From the NCBI GenBank assembly GCA_965202585.1, contig OZ241832.1, forward strand, positions 49,972,001 to 50,036,000: a DNA stretch of 64,000 bases, in the 5' to 3' direction. The translations under genes and the position numbers were made by a program. The stretch comes from Thalia democratica. Taxonomy: Eukaryota. This document shows, one piece after another, positions 25,401 to 39,846 of this stretch (positions are counted from its first letter, which is position 1; the number at the start of each line of letters is the position of its first letter). The notes beneath the pieces are model-generated. The model was not told where the DNA came from, searched no databases, and was given only the letters and a program-made list of their open reading frames with translations.

Positions 25401-25601
25401 ACTACCAAAATTCTTAAAAAAAAAAAATTGAAAAGAAAAATCAAGATCAAACTTTTATAAATGGTTCAGCTTACCAATGAGTTTTTCATAATCAATTCCT
25501 TTATTGCTTGATGCCTTTACAGACCACGGATCTACAACATCTTCATTTTCTGAGTTATTTATTGAAGTGTTTTCCATTTTACGAGTAACTTCTTCTGCCA
25601 T
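22448..25601 (-). CDS. WARS1: Tryptophanyl-tRNA synthetase, copy 2 (apparently intact, 9 exons)
   Basis: All nine exons are in frame with GT-AG borders. [28 protein letters not shown] and SGELKK are intact. It is the only copy with canonical ENAKDI. Private changes: DVAL, RLARH, GNIAV. Confidence 0.93.
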
Positions 25602-28226
25602 TTTAGCTTTTATGTAATAGTTTTCTGAAAATTTTTAGTGAATAGGGTTTAGTAAAGAAAAAATTTAAATTGTAACTAAGTTTTTAAGATCCATTCCTTA
25701 AAATACTTAATCTATTTTTTTTCTGTAAAATTTCTCAACATGAAAAGTAATATTAATAAGTTTTTTATTAACTTAAATTATAATTGACGTAATTGACAAG
25801 CAAAAAATAGGTATGTACCCTAAAAGTTAAGGAAATATTAAAATTTTTAATATAAGATGTTGCAAAAGTCTTTTTTTTTTCAAAGAGGTTTGAAAATATT
25901 ATATTTGTAACTTAAAATATTATAGACTTATAAAAATGATACTTAAATTCATCATAACCACTAGTTTAGAACATAAACTGTACTTAAAGTTTTTTTAAAA
26001 CTTTATTTATCCTGAATTTTATCCTAAGCTGTTACTCGTTGCTCTGTTACCTTGAAATGACTTTTAGAATGCTTGCATGTAAAATAAAAAGTTGTAATTT
26101 TCTAATTAGTTCCAATAATCGCTTCATTAAAACTATTTAACAGGATTAGGTAATTTGATACCTTTTTATATTATTTATTTTTCATTGCAAAGTAAAAGAC
26201 TAACTTACTTCAGCGTGAAGTTTTTTATGTGTCAGAAACTAAGTTAAATAATTTCATACAAGCTATAATACTAAATAATATATTTATAAACCACAAGGAC
26301 TTTTGAGTTAATAAAATAGAGTCATTGAAATCAGCTAAGACTCTAAAATTTTTACGGTGTATCCTTAACTTTGCACAGAAGTTTAAACAAATACAAGTTT
26401 GCCTGTAATATATCAAATGATATGCAAGATATGAAGTAAGTTAGTCTTTTATTTTAAAAATGAAAAAATTAGTTAGATATAAAAAGGAATCATATTGCTT
26501 AATCTAGTTAAGTGGTTTAAATGAACCGTTTCTATAAACTAATTAGAAATTTACCTCAAAAATATTATGGAGACGCAACTTTAATTTAAAAAGTTAAAAA
26601 GACACAACAAAATGACAATTTTTTTTAGTTGCAAAAAAAGTAAAATATACAAAACCTATTAATATTTGTTAAAGGTCATTTTATGACACAATCAAATAAA
26701 TAATCAATAACATCTAAATGGAGACTGAAAACCATATTAAGAAAAAAAAAACTTTAAATAAATTATATAGGCTTTGTAAACTATACCTCTCTACTATAAA
26801 TTCCATAAAATTTTGCCATGAAATAGAGGTCATAAACTTTCAAGGTAATCATTAAATAAAGAAGCTTAGAAAAAAATCCTAGTTAGGCCTGAGCTATACA
26901 AATAAGTTTTCACTGAACTGAGGTGACCTGAGGAAAACCGTACTAAAATGAAATAAAACAAACTTCTTACAAGTATACTTATTTTTCATATTCACGTAGG
27001 AAAAAAGCCAAAATGTGATTTGAAATGAAATAGGTTCAAAAGCAAACACAAAAAACTAAACACATGATGAATAACTATAACTTTATCCAAAAAGCTAAAA
27101 TAAAACGCCTTAATTATGTACTTATTTATTTTATAGTCAAACAAAAATTGTTTATCATAAATTTTATACTGTGTGCAAAACTCTAAATGAAAGTTGAAGA
27201 GGCGTTTATAAGTGTTAAAAAGCAGTTTTATCCACTCAAGAATGAAATCATTAATTATTTTTACATTTCATATAACTTTTGACAAAAATTTAGTACAATT
27301 CAAAAAGTTTGAAGTGGTTTACCGGATCCAAAACCTCGGAAAGGGCCGAATCAGAGTCTCATTTTGAAATTAGGATTCGGCAGAATCCGAATTCGAGTTT
27401 TATTTTGAAATTATGATTCGGCCGGATCCGAATTAAAGTTTTTGATTCTGTAGATCACTACTTAACATATTGCAGACTTATAACATTGATACTTAAATTA
27501 ATCATAATCGCTAGTTTAGAACTTGAACTATACTTAAAGTTTGTTATATTTTATTTTTTTTGAATAAGTTATTTATCCTAAGCTCTTACTTCTTTTCTTG
27601 TAACCTACAGATGGCGATTTTGAATGCTACCTTAGAATAAAAACTTAAACAGAATAAGTAAATTAAGAAAAAAATTAAGTATAGTTTCGGTTCTAAACTA
27701 GCGATTATGATGAATTAAAGTAAAAATATTATAAGTTCACAATATGTTAAGTTGAACAATCAAATGTGTTAAACATGTCTCTTAATTATAGATTAGATAC
27801 ATTTATAAAAAATTTATACTTGATTGGTATCATTACTTATAATTTTGTAAAAAATTGTTTCACATATTACAAGTTTAGAAACTAAAAATAAAAGACTTTT
27901 ACAACTTTTCAAAACGACCTAGTGTAAACCTTTTAGTTATCGGTTCGTACACTGTTTGGATACAGTTTAACGTCTTGTCCAGGACTAAGTGGCACAAAAT
28001 GAACAAATAATAGCCATAGGTGTAGGAAACTATAGATTTACAAAATGATATATAATTATAAATTTAATAATAAAACTTTTTTTGGTAAAAATTAAGTTTA
28101 TTATAAATTATACACTTCACGAAACTAAACAAACTGAAAAAGCCCAACGCATATTACAAAAAAAAAACAAGAATTGGAGCATCAATTAGCATAGCTTCAA
28201 AAGTACTGATGACTAAAAAGTTTTGT

Positions 28227-31200
28227 CTAGTTTTTGGGAATATAGTTGTCGGCACATGAGAATCGTTTGCAGCTAAAAAACTTTTCTATGGTCGCTTCAT
28301 CTACGTTCTCTCTATTCTTTTGATGATTTGCTACAAATGCTTGAAGTACTTCAATCAGACGTTTCTTGAGTTCTTCCGATAAAAGTTCTCCTTTAGCATA
28401 TGCCTAAAATTAATATGAAGATAAAATTATCAAATTTAAATAAAAGTTACTTTAAAATTTAATACCAAGTTTGAAAATATATAACGTTACTGACAGCTTT
28501 AATTTTTTCATATTCTTCATCATCGTCTAAGAAGAAATTAAGATATTTAATGCACACATCAACTTCAATATTTCCTCCAAGTTTTCGGTGCAATTCAACT
28601 GTATCTTGGCCTCCACTGAATGCGTACTTACTAATCTGTATAAAATTTTTAAAAATCATGTAAATCACTTATATATCAAAGTAAATAACTAAGAATATTT
28701 TTAAATAAGATCCAATTAGATTATTAAGTTAAACTAAAATAAAATGAAAGATAATTTTTTTGAAGTAATACCTTGGTTTTTATTTGTTGGGGCGTATCAG
28801 TGAGAAATATTCCGCTGTTTTCATCTGAAGCACTCATCTTAGAGACGGCTCCTTGCAATGCCGGAAAAAATACGGAGTGAATCAACGCAGGCTTTTTGAA
28901 TCCTAACGTTGGTGCATAATGCCTTGTCAAGCGGAAGTATGGATCCTATAACAATTGTAAATATTTAATTAAGTACAGTTTAATTTAGAAACTTTAATTT
29001 CATGTTAGTTTTTTCTTTGACAATAGCTTTATGGATAAAGTATTTTCATGTACATACACATATACTTTGCAAGAAGCCTTGAGCTTTTAAGGAAAATAAT
29101 CTGATTTAACTAATAAAATAAGTTCTAATTTTTAAAAGGCGCTAACTAAAAATACTACTACATTTTTGCCCTTTTAAAAATAGTTGATAAGATCTAGAAA
29201 TGTATTTGTAGAAGCAATAACAAATTAAAACTATTTTAGATACTAAATATGTAAAATCAAAATCATACTCAGTTTTCATTAAGTACAATTTTTTTCATTA
29301 ATAGTTTTATAGCGTTAAATTTGTGTAAACATATTTCAAAACTCATCGTAAACCGACTGTTTAAGCAATTGAATGTAAATTAAAACTATCAGTTTGTATT
29401 ATTATTAAATTAAACTAGTATAAATAACAAAGTATTTGGACATTACCTGATCGATAGCGCATGGAATGAGGCATTCCACGTCTCTACATCCGTTAAAAAT
29501 GTGTGGAAAACTGGAAGAAAATGAAGGGCAAGCTTGTACTGGTGGAAAGCTTACTTGTCCTAGAATAAAATTTATATACTTTTATTTAGTGATAAGTATT
29601 TATTCCTAAATTAAATAAATATATGTAAAACTATACTTTTATATGTATTGTTTTATAATAAGAATTTAAACTTTATAATTCAACTACTTGAAAATACGTT
29701 GTTTATCTGTTTTAAATTGAATTAAAACTTTTAACTAACCAATATTATTATCTCCTTCGAAGCCGAAACAGCCTTTTACTTGATTTAGTGTGACAGCTTT
29801 TTTAAACTTGATAATGTTCTTGAAGAATTCTTTTCTGTAAACATGAAATATTTTTTATAAACTTAAACGCTTATGCTTACTATTAGTTTATATTTTAATT
29901 TAACATTATTATTATAAGCGTTTCAACCATGTTTTAATAAATAGATTTCACTTTTTATAAAAATTTCTGAGTTCAAATTAAAAAAATTGAATATCCACTT
30001 ACCCATGTCCCTCAGTTATATATTCAACATCAGTGAAAATAAAAGTTTTGTCCGGGTCAAATCCGCAAGCGATAATATCTTTGGCGTTTGCGTAAGCTAA
30101 ATCGGTGTAATCATCAAGGTTCTTGCCGTCTTTGAAGAAAAACTTTTCATCGTCAGTCATCTGTATGACTAACGGCACATCAAACACTTTCTGAAGCCAT
30201 CTGGTATAAAGATAACTAGTAAAAACTTGTTCCGAAACTTGCAGTTTTAGTGTGTTAGGTGTAAAGTTTAGTAGTAACATAAAAGGCTGAGTATAATTAA
30301 AAGAAAACAACTTAATAAAAAGCTTAAACTATAAAAAGTACGTTTTAAAATTACTATTTCTAAACATTACAAACACATTAAAATATTGTGTATTAATAAC
30401 TGTGCCACTAACTGAGTGAACATGAAAGGAACCATATGACCAAGATGCATGGCAGTAGATGAAGGTCCACGTCCAGTGTACAAATAAAACGGCTTCCCAG
30501 CTATGTAGTTCGTCAACACTTGATCCAATTCTCTGGATGGAAAATTATGATAAATCAATAAGCTTTTTAAATGATGTCAAAACTTGCAAACAGAGACACT
30601 TATTAGATATTTGTTTTAGTAATATTAGCAATGCAACACAGATTTTCCGTAGATAACTCAATACTTTTATGGTAAGTTATGATCAACTACAATTACGGAA
30701 AACAGATACATTATTTTTAGAATAATTAAAAAAAAGACGTTTTTAAAATTTCTATTTGCATTAATTTTTATACTGATGTTTTTGAATTATTTTGTATTTG
30801 TTAACTAATAATAAAAACCTATGAGAAAAAATATTTTTCTTCTAAGAAAGGTATGCATTTTCATATTCCTTTTGTCAAGAACTTCTTGAAATTTTTGTAA
30901 CACATCTTCACTAATTCTTTCTGATCCAAACTTAACTGAAAATTATACTTTTTATATTTATCCATGCTTATAACTATTAAGGTTTATTAAAAGTTAAGTC
31001 CGGTAGATCATTTTTCTAAAGTTTTTAACTTAAGACGTTCCTATAATATAAGACCTAATTAATGATGATAAAACAGCAAAATATCTGGTTAACAAGGAGT
31101 AGTTAGACATAAAGTTTAGTGATATCTAGTAAAGTGATTAAATTGTTTTAACTGTTTAGTTTAGAAAGATTTTTCATTAAAAATAACTTTATGAAGACTA

Positions 31201-31395
31201 CCAAAATTCTTAAAAAAAAAATTGAAAAGAAAAATCAAGATCAAACTTATATAAATGGTTTAGCTTACCAATGAGTTTTTCATAATCAATTCCTTTATTG
31301 CTTGATGCCTTTACAGACCATGGATCTACAACATCTTCAGTTTCTGAGTTATTTATTGAAGTGTTTTCCATTTTACGAGTAATTTCTTCTGCCAT
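28227..31395 (-). pseudogene. WARS1: Tryptophanyl-tRNA synthetase, copy 3; 1-bp deletion in exon 2 predicts a frameshift
   Basis: The A-run at 30826-30831 has 6 nt versus 7 in copies 1, 2 and 5. Exon 2 then ends in phase 1 and exon 3 reads (E)NWIKC-stop. Also SGELKK to SEELKK (28374-28376) and INKY to ISKY. A homopolymer sequencing error cannot be excluded. Confidence 0.7.
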
Positions 31396-34037
31396 TTTAG
31401 CTTTTATGTAATAGTTTTCTGAAAATTTTTAGAGAATAGGATTTAGTATAGAAAAAATCTAAATTGTAACTAAGTTTTTAAGATCCATTCCTTACAATAA
31501 TTACTAGTTAAGTTAAATAATTACGAGTAATAGTTAATTTTTTAGAAAAGAGAAATTAATATTTTTTTTTAACCTAAATTATTGACATAATTGACAAGTA
31601 AAAAAATATGTATATACCCTAAAAGTTAAGGAAATATTAAAATTTTAAAATAGTTTTAAATATAAGAAGTTGCAAAAGTCTTTTTTTTTTCAAAGAGGTT
31701 TGAAAATATTATATTTTTAACTTAACATATTATAGACTTATAAAAATGGTACTTAAATTCCTCATAACCACTATTTAGAACCTAAACTGTACTTAAAGTT
31801 TTTTTAAAACTTTATTTATCCTGAATCTTATCCTAAGCTGTTACTCGTTGCTCTATTACCTTGGAATTATTTTTAGAATGCTTGCGTGTAAAACAAAAGT
31901 TGTAATTTTCTAATTACTTCCAAGAATTGCTTCATTAAAACCATTTAACAGGATTAGGTAATTTGATACCTTTTTATATTACTTATTTTTCATTGTTAAA
32001 GTAAAAGACTAACTTACTTCAGCGTGAAGTTTTTAAACCAATATGTGTCAGAAACTAAGTTAAATAATTTCTTACAAGCTATAATACTAAATAATATATT
32101 TATAAACCACAAGGACTTTTGAGTTAATAAAATAGAGTCATTGAAATCAGCTAAGACTCTAAAGTTTTTACGGTGTATCCTTAATATTGCACAGAAGTTT
32201 AAACAAATACAAGTTTTCCTGTAATATATCAAAGGATATGCAAGATATGAAGTAAGTTAGTCTTTTATTTTAAAAATGAAAAAATTAGTGAGATATAAAA
32301 AGGAATCATATTGCTTAATCTAGTTAAAAGGTTTAAATGTGCTGTTTCTATAAACTAATTAGAAATTTACCTCAAAAATATTATGGAGACGCAACTTTAT
32401 TTTAAAAAGTTAAAAAGACACAACAAAATGACAATTTTTTTTGATTGCAAAAAAAGTAAAATAAACAAATCCTATTAATATTTGTTAAAGGTCATTTTAT
32501 GACACAATCAAATAAATAATCAATAACATCTAAGACTGAAAACCATATTAAGAAAAAAAAAACTTTAAATAAATTATATAGGCTTTGTAAACTATACCTC
32601 TCTACTATAAATTCCATAAAATTTTGCCATGAAATAGAGGTCATAAACTTTCAAGGTAATCATTAAATAAAGAAGCTTAGAAAAAAATCCTAGTTAGGCC
32701 TGAGCTATGCAAATAAGTTTTCACTGAACTGAGGTGACCTGAGGAAAACCGTACTAAAATGAAATAAAACAAACTTCTTACAAGTATACTTATTTTTCAT
32801 ATTCACGTAGGAAAAAAGCCAAAATGTTATTTGAAATGAAATAGGTTCAAAAGCAAACACAAAAAACTAAACACATGATGAATAACTATAACTTTATCCA
32901 AAAAGCTAAAATAAAACGCCTTAATTATGTACTTATTTATTTTATAGTCAAACAAAAATTGTTTATCATAAATTTTATACTGTGTGCAAAACTCTAAATG
33001 AAAGTTGAAGAGGCGTTTATAAGTGTTAAAAAGCAGTTTTATCCACTCAAGAGTGAAATCATTAATTATTTTTACATTTCATATAACTTTTGACAAAAAT
33101 TTAGTACAATTCAAAAAGTTTGAAGTGGTTTACCGGATCCAAAACCTCGGAAAGGGCCGAATCAGAGTCTCATTTTGAAATTAGGATTCGGCAGAATCCG
33201 AATTCGAGTTTTATTTTGAAATTATGATTCGGCCGGATCCGAATCAAAGTTTTTGATTCTGTAGATCACTACTTAACATATTGCAGACTTATAACATTGA
33301 TACTTAAATTAATCATAATCGCTAGTTTAGAACTTGAACTATACTTAAAGTTTGTTATATTTTATTTTTTTTGAATAAGTTATTTATCCTAAGCTCTTAC
33401 TTCTTTTCTTGTAACCTACAGATGGCGATTTTGAATGCTAGCTTAGAATAAAAACTTAAACAGAATAAGTAAATTAAGAAAAAAATTAAGTATAGTTTCG
33501 GTTCTAAACTAGCGATTATGATGAATTAAAGTAAAAATATTATAAGTTCACAATATGTTAAGTTGAACAATCAAATGTGTTAAACATGTCTCTTAATTAT
33601 AGATTAGATACATTTATAAAAAATTTATACTTGATTGGTATCATTACTTATAATTTTGTAAAAAATTGTTTCACATATTACAAGTTTAGAAACTAAAAAT
33701 AAAAGACTTTTACAACTTTTCAAAACGACCTAGTGTAAACCTTTTAGTTATCGGTTCGTACACTGTTTGGATACAGTTTAACGTCTTGTCCAGGACTAAG
33801 TGGCACAAAATGAACAAATAATAGCCATAGGTGTAGGAAACTATAGATTTACAAAATGATATATAATTATAAATTTAATAATAAAACTTTTTTTGGTAAA
33901 AATTAAGTTTATTATAAATTATACACTTCACGAAACTAAACAAACTGAAAAAGCCCAACGCATATTACAAAAAAAAAACAAGAATTGGAGCATCAATTAG
34001 CATAGCTTCAAAAGTACTGATGACTAAAAAGTTTTGT

Positions 34038-37000
34038 CTAGTTTTTGGGAATATAGTTGTCGGCACATGAGAATCGTTTGCAGCTAAAAAACTTTTCTAT
34101 GGTCGCTTCATCTACGTTCTCTCTATTCTTTTGATGATTTGCTACAAATGCTTGAAGTACTTCAATCAGACGTTTCTTGAGTTCTTCCGATAAAAGTTCT
34201 CCTTTAGCATATGCCTAAAATTAATATGAAGATAAAATTATCAAATTTAAATAAAAGTTACTTTAAAATTTAATACCAAGTTTGAAAATATATAACGTTA
34301 CTAACAGCTTTAATTTTTTCATATTCTTCATCATCGTCTAAGAAGAAATTAAGATATTTAATGCACACATCAACTTCAATATTTCCTCCAAGTTTTCGGT
34401 GCAATTCAACTGTATCTTGGCCTCCACTGAATGCGTACTTACTAATCTGTATAAAATTTTTAAAAATCATGTAAATCACTTATATATCAAAGTAAATAAC
34501 TAAGAATATTTTTAAATAAGATCCAATTAGATTATTAAGTTAAACTAAAATAAAATGAAAGATAATTTTTTTGAAGTAATACCTTGGTTTTTATTTGTTG
34601 GGGCGTATCAGTGAGAAATATTCCGCTGTTTTCATCTGAAGCACTCATCTTAGAGACGGCTCCTTGCAATGCCGGAAAAAATACGGAGTGAATCAACGCA
34701 GGCTTTTTGAATCCTAACGTTGGTGCATAATGCCTTGTCAAGCGGAAGTATGGATCCTATAACAATTGTAAATATTTAATTAAGTACAGTTTAATTTAGA
34801 AACTTTAATTTCATGTTAGTTTTTTCTTTGACAATAGCTTTATGGATAAAGTATTTTCATGTACATACACATATACTTTGCAAGAAGCCTTGAGCTTTTA
34901 AGGAAAATAATCTGATTTAACTAATAAAATAAGTTCTAATTTTTAAAAGGCGCTAACTAAAAATACTACTACATTTTTGCCCTTTTAAAAATAGTTGATA
35001 AGATCTAGAAATGTATTTGTAGAAGCAATAACAAATTAAAACTATTTTTGATACTAAATATGTAAAATCAAAATCATACTCAGTTTTCATTAAGTACAAT
35101 TTTTTTCATTAATAGTTTTATAGCGTTAAATTTGTGTAAACATATTTCAAAACTCATCGTAAACCGACTGTTTAAGCAATTGAATGTAAATTAAAACTAT
35201 CAGTTTGTATTATTATTAAATTAAACTAGTATAAATAACAAAGTATTTGGACATTACCTGATCGATAGCGCATGGAATGAGGCATTCCACGTCTCTACAT
35301 CCGTTAAAAATGTGTGGAAAACTGGAAGAAAATGAAGGGCAAGCTTGTACTGGTGGAAAGCTTACTTGTCCTAGAATAAAATTTATATACTTTTATTTAG
35401 TGATAAGTATTTATTCCTAAATTAAATAAATATATGTAAAACTATACTTTTATATGTATTGTTTTATAATAAGAATTTAAACTTTATAATTCAACTACTT
35501 GAAAATACGTTGTTTATCTGTTTTAAATTGAATTAAAACTTTTAACTAACCAATATTATTATCTCCTTCGAAGCCGAAACAGCCTTTTACTTGATTTAGT
35601 GTGACAGCTTTTTTAAACTTGATAATGTTCTTGAAGAATTCTTTTCTGTAAACATGAAATATTTTTTATAAACTTAAACGCTTATGCTTACTATTAGTTT
35701 ATATTTTAATTTAACATTATTATTATAAGCGTTTCAACCATGTTTTAATAAATAGATTTCACTTTTTATAAAAATTTCTGAGTTCAAATTAAAAAAATTG
35801 AATATCCACTTACCCATGTCCCTCAGTTATATATTCAACATCAGTGAAAATAAAAGTTTTGTCCGGGTCAAATCCGCAAGCGATAATATCTTTGGCGTTT
35901 GCGTAAGCTAAATCGGTGTAATCATCAAGGTTCTTGCCGTCTTTGAAGAAAAACTTTTCATCGTCAGTCATCTGTATGACTAACGGCACATCAAACACTT
36001 TCTGAAGCCATCTGGTATAAAGATAACTAGTAAAAACTTGTTCCGAAACTTGCAGTTTTAGTGTGTTAGGTGTAAAGTTTAGTAGTAACATAAAAGGCTG
36101 AGTATAATTAAAAGAAAACAACTTAATAAAAAGCTTAAACTATAAAAAGTACGTTTTAAAATTACTATTTCTAAACATTACAAACACATTAAAATATTGT
36201 GTATTAATAACTGTGCCACTAACTGAGTGAACATGAAAGGAACCATATGACCAAGATGCATGGCAGTAGATGAAGGTCCACGTCCAGTGTACAAATAAAA
36301 CGGCTTCCCAGCTATGTAGTTCGTCAACACTTGATCCAATTCTCTGGATGGAAAATTATGATAAATCAATAAGCTTTTTAAATGATGTCAAAACTTGCAA
36401 ACAGAGACACTTATTAGATATTTGTTTTAGTAATATTAGCAATGCAACACAGATTTTCCGTAGATAACTCAATACTTTTATGGTAAGTTATGATCAACTA
36501 CAATTACGGAAAACAGATACATTATTTTTAGAATAATTAAAAAAAAGACGTTTTTAAAATTTCTATTTGCATTAATTTTTATACTGATGTTTTTGAATTA
36601 TTTTGTATTTGTTAACTAATAATAAAAACCTATGAGAAAAAATATTTTTCTTCTAAGAAAGGTATGCATTTTCATATTCCTTTTGTCAAGAACTTCTTGA
36701 AATTTTTGTAACACATCTTCACTAATTCTTTCTGATCCAAACTTAACTGAAAATTATACTTTTTATATTTATCCATGCTTATAACTATTAAGGTTTATTA
36801 AAAGTTAAGTCCGGTAGATCATTTTTCTAAAGTTTTTAACTTAAGACGTTCCTATAATATAAGACCTAATTAATGATGATAAAACAGCAAAATATCTGGT
36901 TAACAAGGAGTAGTTAGACATAAAGTTTAGTGATATCTAGTAAAGTGATTAAATTGTTTTAACTGTTTAGTTTAGAAAGATTTTTCATTAAAAATAACTT

Positions 37001-37206
37001 TATGAAGACTACCAAAATTCTTAAAAAAAAAATTGAAAAGAAAAATCAAGATCAAACTTATATAAATGGTTTAGCTAACCAATGAGTTTTTCATAATCAA
37101 TTCCTTTATTGCTTGATGCCTTTACAGACCATGGATCTACAACATCTTCAGTTTCTGAGTTATTTATTGAAGTGTTTTCCATTTTACGAGTAATTTCTTC
37201 TGCCAT
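34038..37206 (-). pseudogene. WARS1: Tryptophanyl-tRNA synthetase, copy 4; near-identical to copy 3 with the same frameshift
   Basis: Offset exactly 5811 bp from copy 3 at both start and stop. 6-A run at 36637-36642, same SEELKK and ISKY. Only scattered SNPs differ (e.g. exon 1 donor GTTAGC vs GTAAGC). Confidence 0.7.
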
Positions 37207-39846
37207 TTTAGCTTTTATGTAATAGTTTTCTGAAAATTTTTAGAGAATAGGATTTAGTATAGAAAAAATCTAAATTGTAACTAAGTTTTTAAGATCCATT
37301 CCTTACAATAATTACTAGTTAAGTTAAATAATTACGAGTAATAGTTAATTTTTTAGAAAAGAGAAATTAATATTTTTTTTAACCTAAATTATTGACATAA
37401 TTGACAAGTAAAAAAATATGTATATACCCTAAAAGTTAAGGAAATATTAAAATTTTAAAATAGTTTTAAATATAAGAAGTTGCAAAAGTCTTTTTTTTTT
37501 CAAAGAGGTTTGAAAATATTATATTTTTAACTTAACATATTATAGACTTATAAAAATGGTACTTAAATTCCTCATAACCACTATTTAGAACCTAAACTGT
37601 ACTTAAAGTTTTTTTAAAACTTTATTTATCCTGAATCTTATCCTAAGCTGTTACTCGTTGCTCTATTACCTTGGAATTATTTTTAGAATGCTTGCGTGTA
37701 AAACAAAAGTTGTAATTTTCTAATTAGTTCCAAGAATTGCTTCATTAAAACCATTTAACAGGATTAGGTAATTTGATACCTTTTTATATTACTTATTTTT
37801 CATTGTTAAAGTAAAAGACTAACTTACTTCAGCGTGAAGTTTTTAAACCAATATGTGTCAGAAACTAAGTTAAATAATTTCTTACAAGCTATAATACTAA
37901 ATAATATATTTATAAACCACAAGGACTTTTGAGTTAATAAAATAGAGTCATTGAAATCAGCTAAGACTCTAAAGTTTTTACGGTGTATCCTTAATATTGC
38001 ACAGAAGTTTAAACAAATACAAGTTTTCCTGTAATATATCAAAGGATATGCAAGATATGAAGTAAGTTAGTCTTTTATTTTAAAAATGAAAAAATTAGTG
38101 AGATATAAAAAGGAATCATATTGCTTAATCTAGTTAAAAGGTTTAAATGAGCTGTTTCTATAAACTAATTAGAAATTTACCTCAAAAATATTATGGAGAC
38201 GCAACTTTATTTTAAAAAGTTAAAAAGACACAACAAAATGACAATTTTTTTTGATTGCAAAAAAAGTAAAATAAACAAATCCTATTAATATTTGTTAAAG
38301 GTCATTTTATGACACAATCAAATAAATAATCAATAACATCTAAGACTGAAAACCATATTAAGAAAAAAAAAACTTTAAATAAATTATATAGGCTTTGTAA
38401 ACTATACCTCTCTACTATAAATTCCATAAAATTTTGCCATGAAATAGAGGTCATAAACTTTCAAGGTAATCATTAAATAAAGAAGCTTAGAAAAAAATCC
38501 TAGTTAGGCCTGAGCTATGCAAATAAGTTTTCACTGAACTGAGGTGACCTGAGGAAAACCGTACTAAAATGAAATAAAACAAACTTCTTACAAGTATACT
38601 TATTTTTCATATTCACGTAGGAAAAAAGCCAAAATGTTATTTGAAATGAAATAGGTTCAAAAGCAAACACAAAAAACTAAACACATGATGAATAACTATA
38701 ACTTTATCCAAAAAGCTAAAATAAAACGCCTTAATTATGTACTTATTTATTTTATAGTCAAACAAAAATTGTTTATCATAAATTTTATACTGTGTGCAAA
38801 ACTCTAAATGAAAGTTGAAGAGGCGTTTATAAGTGTTAAAAAGCAGTTTTATCCACTCAAGAGTGAAATCATTAATTATTTTTACATTTCATATAACTTT
38901 TGACAAAAATTTAGTACAATTCAAAAAGTTTGAAGTGGTTTACCGGATCCAAAACCTCGGAAAGGGCCGAATCAGAGTCTCATTTTGAAATTAGGATTCG
39001 GCAGAATCCGAATTCGAGTTTTATTTTGAAATTATGATTCGGCCGGATCCGAATCAAAGTTTTTGATTCTGTAGATCACTACTTAACATATTGCAGACTT
39101 ATAACATTGATACTTAAATTAATCATAATCGCTAGTTTAGAACTTGAACTATACTTAAAGTTTGTTATATTTTATTTTTTTTGAATAAGTTATTTATCCT
39201 AAGCTCTTACTTCTTTTCTTGTAACCTACAGATGGCGATTTTGAATGCTAGCTTAGAATAAAAACTTAAACAGAATAAGTAAATTAAGAAAAAAATTAAG
39301 TATAGTTTCGGTTCTAAACTAGCGATTATGATGAATTAAAGTAAAAATATTATAAGTTCACAATATGTTAAGTTGAACAATCAAATGTGTTAAACATGTC
39401 TCTTAATTATAGATTAGATACATTTATAAAAACTTTATACTTGATTGGTATCATTACTTATAATTTTGTAAAAAATTGTTTCACATATTACAAGTTAAGA
39501 AACTAAAAATAAAAGACTTTTACAACTTTTCAAAACGACCTAGTGTAAACCTTTTAGTTATCGGTTCGTACACTGTTTGGATACAGTTTAACGTCTTGTC
39601 CAGGACTAAGTGGCACAAAATGAACAAATAATAGCCATAGGTGTAGGAAACTATAGATTTACAAAATGATACATAATTATAAATTTAATAATAAAACTTT
39701 TTTTGGTAAAAATTAAGTTTATTATAAATTATACACTTCACGAAACTAAACAAACTGAAAAAGCCCAACGCATATTACAAAAAAAAACAAGAATTGGAGC
39801 ATCAATTAGCATAGCTTCAAAAGTACTGATGACTAAAAAGTTTTGT

